In this document: piece by piece, positions 9,701 to 16,474 of the stretch
Numbering within the stretch: position 1 is the first letter of the stretch
Layout: each line of letters starts with the position of its first letter
Assembly: GCA_044892505.1 (NCBI GenBank)
Contig: CM097882.1
Span: 87,172,001-87,215,698 of the forward strand
Length of the DNA: 43,698 nucleotides
Origin: Schmidtea nova
Lineage: Eukaryota
Direction of reading: 5' to 3'
The notes under the pieces: model-generated
Databases searched by the model: none
Told to the model about the DNA's origin: nothing
Seen by the model: the letters and a program-made list of their open reading frames with translations, nothing else
Translations under genes and position numbers: made by a program

Positions 9701-10875
9701 ATTGTAAATGCTGTCTTTTCTTTATCCTCGTCCTTCATTTTGATCTGCCAATATCCGCTTTTTAAATCCAGTGACGTGAAATAAGCTGCTCCTTGTAAAG
9801 TCAACAACATTTCGTTTATGTCTGGCAGTGGGTACGTGTCTCTTTTCGTAACTGCGTTCAACCGTCTGTAATCGATACAGAATCTCTGAGTTCCATCCTT
9901 CTTTTTCACCATCACCACTGGGAATTGCCAGGGTGAGCAACTAGGTTCGATGACCTCCGCATCTAACATCTTTTGTACCTCTTCTTCTGCCACTGCTTTT
10001 TGAGCTTCTGCCAATTTATATGGTCTTAATGCGATTGGCGTCTCGTCCGTCAATGGTATCGTATGTAATGTTACATCACATGTTCCCAAATCCAAATCTG
10101 ATGCTGCGAATATATCTTGATACTCCATCAACAGTTTCTGTAACTGTTCTTTTTGTTGTTCGTCTAACAACACACTGTCGATTTTCCATGGTAATTCGTC
10201 TTTGCTTTTCTCATTCTTGCCTGGTATTTCGATTTCGGACATGGGTGTCAATTTGCCCAATCTCTCATTCTCGTAAATTATCTTGTCCTCTTCGTCAAAA
10301 TTCACCAGATTAATTGGTATCTCACCTTCTTGGTTTATCGTAACCAATTCTCTTGCCATTGGTAATTCCTTCTTCGCTTCGAACTTCTTACTTGGTTCGA
10401 ATATCATATCTCCCTTTATTGTTGAATCGATCTTGACATAACACATCATTTCATGTCTCGCTGGCACTACTATTTGTTCCGCACTTGCCACTTTAACTTT
10501 CATTCTGCAGATTTTTCCTGTCCTATCTTTTAGCTTCATTGCTCCTAGATCAATTACGATTTCCTTGAACAGGTCTGGCATTAGGTCAGTTCCAATAATA
10601 CATGGTACACTCAGCGATGGTATTACAGCGATGTACGTGTTGATTTCTGCACCTCGATGCTTAATTTTTACAAACCATCTTCCGGCTACTTCTACTGTCT
10701 CCTGACTGCACGCGATTACATGTACATTCGTCTTCTCGATTTCCCCTTGGTTTTTCTCTGGTATATAATTAATGTCGATCGCCGAAATATTCGCGCCTGT
10801 ATCGATCTTAGCTTCAATTTCTCTTCCGTTTATTTCTACGGTTGTTGTTAAGATTGGTCCCATGTTTGTGGACAT
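3709..10875 (-). CDS. pol: Pol polyprotein, 2388 aa: aspartic protease, dUTPase-like linker, RT, RNase H, integrase (HHCC, DDE, GPY/F), then ankyrin and FN3-like extensions
   Basis: AKIDTGANIS (PR); LDLKSGYWQI, MPFGLTNAP, YIDDLLI (RT); LATDAS, EREAYAII, TDHQPL, NANADCMSR (RH); YHDGKLGGH..CLTC, AMDVVGP, TDQG, NGQTERFN, GKGPYEI (IN). Confidence 0.98.
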   Translation of the reverse strand: MSTNMGPILTTTVEINGREIEAKIDTGANISAIDINYIPEKNQGEIEKTNVHVIACSQETVEVAGRWFVKIKHRGAEINTYIAVIPSLSVPCIIGTDLMPDLFKEIVIDLGAMKLKDRTGKICRMKVKVASAEQIVVPARHEMMCYVKIDSTIKGDMIFEPSKKFEAKKELPMARELVTINQEGEIPINLVNFDEEDKIIYENERLGKLTPMSEIEIPGKNEKSKDELPWKIDSVLLDEQQKEQLQKLLMEYQDIFAASDLDLGTCDVTLHTIPLTDETPIALRPYKLAEAQKAVAEEEVQKMLDAEVIEPSCSPWQFPVVMVKKKDGTQRFCIDYRRLNAVTKRDTYPLPDINEMLLTLQGAAYFTSLDLKSGYWQIKMKDEDKEKTAFTIGRDLYQFKKMPFGLTNAPASFQRCMNFVTHGIKQCMVYIDDLLIYSATFEDHLQDIRNVFVKLRQWKLKLKPSKCDWAKEKVTFLGHIVSAKGKEPDPRNIEKVKECPPPKTVTQIQKFLGLCGYYRKFIKDYAGISKPMQELVRQDMSFVWGEEQQAAFETLRDKLITAPILVHPDFKKPFLLATDASGYAAGAVLGQFDEEGKERVIGYYSRTFRKHERNYSVTEREAYAIILAIKHFKYLLWGHEIYITTDHQPLVWLGQHKESSSRLMRWAMQLQEYSPFIKFKAGKANANADCMSRFTFPELVNLNALKICALIAEDLDFSELRKDQLEDEELGLISKYLKEREIEIFGKNQTLREHMQKYQHRYVMEKGWLLIQDGERRLMCLPANRRKEIMTQYHDGKLGGHMSAKKTIGRLRQKYFWPTMEDDVKEWIKNCLTCATRKNVGTKWKTPLKPMPIPAEPMATIAMDVVGPLPESLKGNQYILVVTDYLTKFPEAFAIPDQKAKTVARILVEEICCRYGTPKKILTDQGTNFMSEILDEVTNYFRIAKLRTSPYHPQTNGQTERFNGTLIRMLSNYVSKHQTDWDEYINLCLMAYRMSIHATTKLSPFQLMYGRDCNLPIDLEYQPPLSQYMDFDDYVTKFKERMQEIWKTAELNIKFYQESYKDLHDQKKNVKAHDLKVGDWVIIETPEIIPGTVKKLQRPGKGPYEITTVNENNVRVRLVNNPLVRPIYVNTCRCRKVPKTATRLPEKRVMTRSQTARISMLRVQQKPQTSLEDNRREAIDIKELAKRTREIIPEWKWWFDFNILTEVRKNVMEYAKDRTAHPITRTLLEEIPQTLNLQDKDGNTALHNAVKHSGNEKVKEIVEMILEGGGEIDKVNWEGITPLMMMTIHGRDEEIVELFGNTRSSWMAKDKEGRTFLNHAIDRANHRLLKYITENATWEIDELTRGSIMKQAIGVKNSKTWRILLKWKRPEGDSWVVNCNEVFTRGENALLKHLLEVTYDPKTLAVLIARDTLRVSENPREYKLDDRKKELFGLIKKWCDKQWNPDMSFEHFYDIQKQHKEISKRYKELVEALKYGQFFRQAVYQDQRMKQMQTRIRSKAVLFNAKADYQERLDAIVAKAQEKLSKFKENKSSLGILGAITERVHRYAQGDYNESDIETIKNQMPVAFLLSKDGRLPIHWALRRKKENEVLEITKAMVKCEADMNMVDDNGDTIMIIAARKKTNFKVLSELYEAGAKIEGKNGKNNSIIDIAIQWNNFEMIKFIKSIKKQDDIEYLANNVKNFSLTVMIHDVEKTRALLTWVNPITKEPAFKINDHMEQNQNWCIRSALLRHKKPEIVEEFLKRRDLKFTNNPKEQERTGRWKDLFRKYVNEWAKAKETIKQNRLENIEPSKDMEIREFESSTLAVQAYERLIEEINVEDDIFKGPGGGYRDFDDKSNNEENNEDNDNKRTEDNEKERQEEPKPTRNDKKGEAEERENSGTKDEHANYGKRTGSLLLRPEMLCIAILITIIGQGEAKKQYVTLEIIRGNEVYERICWKENLRKNDTLKCILSDLKRDVIQIKGLEKEKSYIICAIKQRGEPKAPQVTACQLYKATEALKIQKWIGKRSEETTRRSEVESEKGKNQTEAEEGIRNRTEKERITKNPAGKLTFQPELICVALILILIKRIMEDIDISVMTLVNIQDQRTTNGRCWGRNNEVIGISETRESREAETNEEIEITEIETEKTCELCLMEKAANGNRPGTSECKVFQAKEIIEFPKRRKQDQETIKNEVVTVEIKNIGRRTIGMCWRKYIGVATSHVLPQCRTRERGIPFQLNGFEVGQAYEICVIRRIREIIQRSLECKLYKTPEQINGTRTIEMGRSRQRKRKSRRTTTTNSQRIQPATTERTTIENEPESSTLIIWKIHKKVLEICWKLIPNKEGKSPRNCQKTSNDKREIIEVEMRKLKTNAEYEVCAIEEVDTQGNPQERCETYYTPRNTTITRRIRKL
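3738..5075 (-). other. Four Cys-containing FN3-like repeats in the pol-frame C-terminus
   Basis: Repeating CW..(L/F)xxxxxY/CxxC..CxxY/FxT pattern: GLEKEKSYIICAI..CQLYKAT; EIETEKTCELCL..CKVFQAK; GFEVGQAYEICVI..CKLYKTP; KLKTNAEYEVCAI..CETYYTP. Signal-like segments precede repeats 1 and 2 (PEMLCIAILITIIGQGEA; PELICVALILILI). Confidence 0.65.
5870..7165 (-). other. Two ankyrin-repeat clusters (about 6890-7165 and 5870-6165) in the pol-frame C-terminus
   Basis: DKDGNTALHNAV, NWEGITPLMMM, DKEGRTFLNHAI; SKDGRLPIHWAL, DDNGDTIMIIAA, NGKNNSIIDIAI. Confidence 0.9.
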
Positions 10876-10914
10876 AACCGCTATCGTGTGCGTGTCTTCT
10901 AACGAGTCTACGCT

Positions 10915-13900
10915 TTAACCTCGTTTTACTTTGCATCCTTCTGGAATTATCGGGTATATACTTGTCATCGGCATCATCTGCATCATATTCGGCTTCGCTT
11001 TGTATATCGGTTCGTTATACATTGATTGGGGTGGAGCACTGTATCTCCAATTCTCAACTGCACTCTTTTCGGTATACTGTGGAATCTGGTTTATATTCGC
11101 TTGTCCTCCTTGATCGTCATCGTCGTCATCATCATTGCTTGAGTCATCTTGTGTTCGATATCCCTTCACTCTTTCCCATAATCCTTTCCTTTCTTTCTTG
11201 AGTTGTCGTCTTGCTTGCTCGTCTTGCATTATCTTTTTGAATTTCCTTCCGACATCTTCATTTGTTCCTTTCATTTTAGCAAGTATCTTCAACAATCTTT
11301 TTATTCGATGTATGTTTTTTGAGTGTCCGTGCAACACCATTGTTTTCGCAAGGAATGGTAAAAACCCTACTACCATTTTCCAATTCACTTTCTTCTCTCT
11401 CTTGTAGATATCGAAGCACGCTAACATTTGCGTTATTATCACTCTGACAATTTGTATTATCAATATCACTCCCAGTATTCCAGCCATCATTTGTCCGAAT
11501 ATCAGGAATCTTCCCCACATTGCTTTCATCATATTTTCTGTGGCTTTCTTGAAATGTGCTGGTGACAATAACAGTTCATAATTCGGTCCTTCTCGATAAT
11601 CCGTTCCTCCCGTTATCGTTACGATATTTGACAGTAATGCTTCTCTTCTTGCCGGGAATAATATATTCTGTCTCGCCGCTTCCAAATCTTTTGGGCTATA
11701 TATTCCGTTGTTTGAGACATCTACGTCGCTGAACTGTCTATCCTTTGACAACTGCATCAGTTCAAATTCTCTTGGTGCTAATACTTCGGTTCTTCCTGGG
11801 AACATTACCCATTTGCCATCTGGTTTCTGATAAAGCGGTCCGTATGCGTTACTACAGTTGAATGGATTTGGTTCGAATCCTGGTGGATTGATGATTCTCG
11901 TCACCGGTTGAACGTATCGTACTTTTCCTTTGTAATCGATTTCTAGTTCGTTTGTACAAGTTCCTGGTTTCAACTGCGTTGTTGCTGCTAGCGATGCATG
12001 TGTCTTTTCGCAAATGTATACGTACATTGCTTCTCCGACCACTCTTCCGAAATGTCCTTCTCTCAGTGGTAATAACGGCATCGCGCTATCTGGATTCGTA
12101 ATCGCTACGGCCAACTTTGTCTTTAATATTTCTCGATTCAGTATACAATCGTTGTTTATCAGATCATAGTACACTTTTTGCAATGAGGCTTGTCCTCTAT
12201 GGAATAAGAAATCCATTTTATTATTCACATACAAGTGTAGCTTGATATCCATTGTGTCGATCTTGGGTTTCGCATTCGGCACTTCTTGCTTTGACACGTA
12301 TATTCCTGGATAGTTTGTTTCGTATACCGTTGTACTGCACTTAAGGGTTGCTTTCCCTTTTATGAATCTCATGCCCACATCCTGATTTGTGGTTATCAAC
12401 ACTGTTGGTGTGGTTCTCATTTCTATCCGTTTCTCTCTATGATCCGGTTTCAATTGTCTTTTATTCTCTAAAGCTTCTTTGAGATGCTTTGCTCTAGCTT
12501 TGTCATCATCGTCCTCTTCTTGGAATGTTTTTCCTTGAATTTCGTCGAACTTTGCTCCTTGTAGCAGTTGTAATTGACATTCGTTCACCTTTGGTTTATA
12601 CACCAATGTTGACATTCCCGTTTGACACATGCTCCTGTCAATTTTACACATGGATAACGTTTTCATTTCTCCCGTTGTTGGTTCGAAGAATGCTTCGTAG
12701 CTTTTCAGTTCGACTATATACGTATCCATCACCACCAAGTTGGTTGCAAGTACTCCGAATATCGGGTAGGTTTCTCCTTGACAATACCCTTCTCCTCCCG
12801 TAATCCGTCCTGCTACATAGTACGTCTGCTGTAACATCATTCCTGGTTTTCCTTTTATCTTGATTTTATCCCTTGTTGTTACTTCTCCATGTTTGAACAA
12901 TGCTTCGCAGTCTTCTCCTTGCAACACGATTGGTTCTCTTTCCGTTCCTGGCATGACAATTGCTGAATAATGCCCTCTCCCACAATAGAATGCGAATCTC
13001 GTCTTCTGCACCTTGCATTCATTCACCATTGTCTTTATTAGTTCTGCTTCTTGATACACGTGGTACCATTGTTCCTTTTTAATCTCTCTCAACTCTACTG
13101 GAGATGCATCTTTGCATTGCTCCGTACCTCTCAATGAATACTTTTCTCCCAATTTCATTTGATCACAATCAAATACTTCGAACGTTGTTACACCTTCTGT
13201 GCTTAACAACCATACTAACATCATCATGATTATCGAGTTTAAATTCAACGTCGATCTTCCATTTCCTTGCATCGTTTGTCTATTCTCCATTTCTCTCAAT
13301 ACTCCTTCGAGTTTCTTTCTCATCACGTTAGACCCTTCTTTTGTCTGGTTCTCTTTTATGAACTTTTCCCATCCTCCTTTCCTGAGGATATATGGTTCAA
13401 TTTCTTTCTCGATAATCATCGCCGTATTTTTAATATGTCTTCCCATCGGACTTGACTTCGGACTTCCTCGGCTTAGCGTTAACAAATTGTATATCGTATA
13501 CGAGATTGCTACCAGATATTTGCTGTCCATTTCTGCTCCGTTGAGTAGCCTTTTTATTAACCTCGTGGTTCCTTGCCAATCTAGATGATTCGATTTTGTT
13601 TTTGCTTTGATTAATTCTGGCATAATCGGTGCTATCGCATTGTGTAGCATCTTTGCCTTTGTACTAGGTTCGTTTATCCGCCACAAATTCTTTAATTCCG
13701 GGTCGATTATCGCTAGTACATCCATTATCGTTTTGGTGAGCCATTCTTCTCCTTGACAAACTTGATTCTCCTCTTTGCCTCTGATCTCTGCGATTTTATC
13801 CAATTTCTTCAAGCAAATCTCCCATTGCTCTTGTCTCCTTTCTTCCCTTGTCTTTGGAATTGCTGTTGTTGGGTCTATCTTTGGTCTTCCTCTTGGTCGT

Positions 13901-14001
13901 TTTTCCATTCCAGTTCCGGTTTCTACAAATCTCGTTGCTCTTCCCGTTTCTTCCGTAACATCTCTTCCTTCGTTTGCTCGTTGTTCTAACCATCTTTTCA
14001 T
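10915..14001 (-). CDS. env: AT-hook plus Bcl-2-like domain fused to a chuvirus-G-like class III envelope glycoprotein (1028 aa)
   Basis: Env motifs FEVFDC..C, FYCG, DCILNREILKTKLAVA, GHFGRVVGEAMYVYIC, CTNELEI..QPVTRII, CSNAYGPLY..W, GIYSPKDL..ILFP, TM WGRFLIFGQMMAGILGVILIIQIV. N-terminal KRPRGRPK; BH2-like YILRKGGWEKF. Confidence 0.85.
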   Translation of the reverse strand: MKRWLEQRANEGRDVTEETGRATRFVETGTGMEKRPRGRPKIDPTTAIPKTREERRQEQWEICLKKLDKIAEIRGKEENQVCQGEEWLTKTIMDVLAIIDPELKNLWRINEPSTKAKMLHNAIAPIMPELIKAKTKSNHLDWQGTTRLIKRLLNGAEMDSKYLVAISYTIYNLLTLSRGSPKSSPMGRHIKNTAMIIEKEIEPYILRKGGWEKFIKENQTKEGSNVMRKKLEGVLREMENRQTMQGNGRSTLNLNSIIMMMLVWLLSTEGVTTFEVFDCDQMKLGEKYSLRGTEQCKDASPVELREIKKEQWYHVYQEAELIKTMVNECKVQKTRFAFYCGRGHYSAIVMPGTEREPIVLQGEDCEALFKHGEVTTRDKIKIKGKPGMMLQQTYYVAGRITGGEGYCQGETYPIFGVLATNLVVMDTYIVELKSYEAFFEPTTGEMKTLSMCKIDRSMCQTGMSTLVYKPKVNECQLQLLQGAKFDEIQGKTFQEEDDDDKARAKHLKEALENKRQLKPDHREKRIEMRTTPTVLITTNQDVGMRFIKGKATLKCSTTVYETNYPGIYVSKQEVPNAKPKIDTMDIKLHLYVNNKMDFLFHRGQASLQKVYYDLINNDCILNREILKTKLAVAITNPDSAMPLLPLREGHFGRVVGEAMYVYICEKTHASLAATTQLKPGTCTNELEIDYKGKVRYVQPVTRIINPPGFEPNPFNCSNAYGPLYQKPDGKWVMFPGRTEVLAPREFELMQLSKDRQFSDVDVSNNGIYSPKDLEAARQNILFPARREALLSNIVTITGGTDYREGPNYELLLSPAHFKKATENMMKAMWGRFLIFGQMMAGILGVILIIQIVRVIITQMLACFDIYKREKKVNWKMVVGFLPFLAKTMVLHGHSKNIHRIKRLLKILAKMKGTNEDVGRKFKKIMQDEQARRQLKKERKGLWERVKGYRTQDDSSNDDDDDDDQGGQANINQIPQYTEKSAVENWRYSAPPQSMYNEPIYKAKPNMMQMMPMTSIYPIIPEGCKVKRG
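13360..13800 (-). other. Bcl-2-like domain
   Basis: EPYILRKGGWEKF matches the BH2 pattern; MDSKYLVAISYTIYNL lies about 50 aa upstream and aligns to the BH1/alpha5 pattern (NWGRIVALFYF) with NWGR degenerate; helical composition; C-terminal hydrophobic segment. Confidence 0.65.
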
Positions 14002-14016
14002 TTCTTGAGTAAACTA

Positions 14017-14235
14017 TGGTTGTTCTTGCTCGTCTTCGGAATCGTTTACCATTTCTATGACTACCTCCTGTTCCACTCCTTGATCGTCGATTTCTGCTGG
14101 TGACGTTACTGGCATCTCTATTATTCTGTCGAAAATATTCGCCGTTGGTTTTTGAGTTAACTTCGTTAATTCTTCTATCGCTTCGTCACTGTCTGTTAAT
14201 ATTTCGTCTACGTCATACGCTTCTGGCGGTGTTCT
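14017..14235 (-). other. 73-codon open acidic linker, in frame between ORF2 and the Bcl-2/env ORF, bounded by two TAG codons
   Basis: Manual translation RTPPEAYDVDEILTDSDE...DSEDEQEQP; TAG at 14236-14238 and 14014-14016, then FTQE and ATG 14001, all in one frame. Confidence 0.75.
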
Positions 14236-16474
14236 CTATCTCGTTTTGATTGGTGTTGTCCTTGCTTGTCCCGAACTTGTTCCTGGGATCATTGCTGACT
14301 TCATCGGACTTGGTGTACTCATGCTTCCTTTCGGTTTCTTTTCCTCTTTAAACTTCAGTGGTTGACCCACTATCTGTGCCACTGTTAGCGTATTCATTAG
14401 ATCCAATTGCACTGGTGTCAGCCAGATTTCCAACTTGTTATCCAACGATCGTCCTTGATGTTGCAGGTGGAATGGTAGTTCGTACATCAGTTTCTCTTTA
14501 ACACTTTTCACTTTTTCTGTTAGCATCACCCAAAACTCTTCTTTTCTCTGATTTGGATACATTATCCTCAAATGTATTTTCTGTGGCGTTTCCTCCGCAA
14601 ATTCTTTGTTTCTCCACTTTTTTATTACATTGTCTAGTTGCTCTGGACACCACTCATTAACTCTCTTGTATTCTGCTATCGCTTTAGCTGCTTTTCTCAA
14701 GTTCGTCATGTCTTCTCCATTTGCGATTATAAAATCTGCTAAGCCTTTTATTGTTTGTCTTTTTCCCCGAGTATTTCCTCTCAACAGTTCTATTAATTCA
14801 TCCGTTTTCTGTTTCTCCAATTCTGCCCATATTACTGCAGTTTCTGGTCCGTCTAAGTCCGTTGGTAATAACCTCCTTGTTACCATACATATCCGTTTCG
14901 TATTCGATTCATATCTGTCTTCTCCTTCTGGATCTTCTTCATACACGCCTCTTTTCACTTTCCAACATTTCTCTTTGTTATCCCATTGCTTCTCTACTGG
15001 CGTCAATCGTCGTCTGTTAAGATCCAATTCTCCCAATATTGTCTCCCATTCTGGCTTCATCTGCCAGTTCCGATAGATTTCTACTATCTGCCTCAACTTG
15101 CGCATAACGTCCTCTTGTCGTTTCTTTCTCCTTTCTTCATCTCTTGGTGTTGCTCTTGGCACATCATCCATTCTGATGACGTGTATTGTCTGGGAATTGT
15201 CCCATATGCCGATTTTATACGCTCGTCTTTCGTCACGTTCATTCAGTAGATGTTCTTTGTATTTTATCGCAATGTCATCCTCGAATTCATCTTCCCGTTC
15301 TCGTTGTAATATCGTCTCATTGATGACATCTACTATTTCTCCCACTTTACTATCTGGTATTACCTCAATTTGTCTTGTCTCTTCGTTCGGTAATCTCACA
15401 GTAATCATCAGATCTGATACCTCTCCTCGTCTAAACATTTCTTTTCCCATCTTTGCGATTAGCTTGTCCGTTTTGAAATTTGAATGTCTCGTTTGACTTG
15501 TATCTCGTATGTTCTCGATACACTGTTTCAAATTCTCATACTCGCTTTTTGTCAATTCCTTTCGATGTTTCTTGATTTGTTGGATGATCTGTTCTATCAT
15601 CGTATTCAAATTCTCTGCCAAGATTCGTTCCTTTGCCTCTATCAACTGAGGTTTTATTCTCATCTCATAACACGTATTCGCTTCTTTGACGATTCCTTGT
15701 AAGTTCTCTTCCTTCTTGGTGTTGCATATTGATAACGTTGTTATTTCTCCTGGCCATATGCCTGTGTCTATCATATGCGTTCCTTTTTTCACTAATCCGT
15801 TTTCCGAATATATGAACTTGTCTTTGTACGAGCTTCCCAATCTGTCCTCAACCCATCTGTAGATTCCATCTGTCATTGGGTTCTTTATCCAGATTCTCGG
15901 TGAACACTCGTTTATCCATATCTGTATTATGTATTCGTTGAGTGGTTCTTTCAATAACTTCTCTATGAACTCTTGTATTACTCTCACTTCTCTTTCTTGT
16001 AACCACTCTTTATACTTCATCTGCCATATTGCTCGTATGAACTTTCGGTATCGTTTCTTGTCGATAAACTCCTCGTTATGGATTACTTCCAACACGTTAT
16101 CCATCAGCTTCTGAATTTCGTCTTCCTTTACCGACATCGTTTCTATCGTCTCGACTACTTCCATCTTTTTATCCTCGTTTTCCGGTTCCTTTAGCATGTC
16201 TCCTGCCAGACTGCTAACTTCGCTGTCGTCTTCTTCATCTGACAACTCTTGTCTTGGGTGTCTCAGCATCCCAATATGCGCGGTTGGTCTCACTTCGTTT
16301 TTGCTAACTTCCTGCGTTAGTTCATTCTCGTTTCCCGTTATTTCAGCTTTTCCCATTCTTTTCTCCAACTCATCTATTTCTTCAAACCGTCTTCGTCTTA
16401 TTTTCCCTTTAAATATCCGACTGATCCGAGTTTGATGTTTCACTGGTGGTGGGAGTTTCTCCGGTTCCACCTCT
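14236..16474 (-). CDS. ORF2 (gag extension) with two ubiquitin-like domains, about 15170-15410 and 14380-14580
   Basis: MITVRLPNEETRQIEVIPDSKVGEIVDVI and IHLRIMYPNQRKEEFWVMLTEKVKSVKEKL..LQHQGRSLDN resemble the ubiquitin beta-grasp pattern ([35 protein letters not shown]). Joins the gag frame if the 14-nt duplication at 16461-16488 is removed. Confidence 0.65.

Noticed and set aside
15440-16120. CARD/death-fold-like helices in ORF2 (LMDNVLEVIHNEEFIDKKRY; LTKSEYENLKQ) and a SAP-like stretch near 14780
   Set aside because: Resemblance too weak to call by eye; needs HHpred/AlphaFold.
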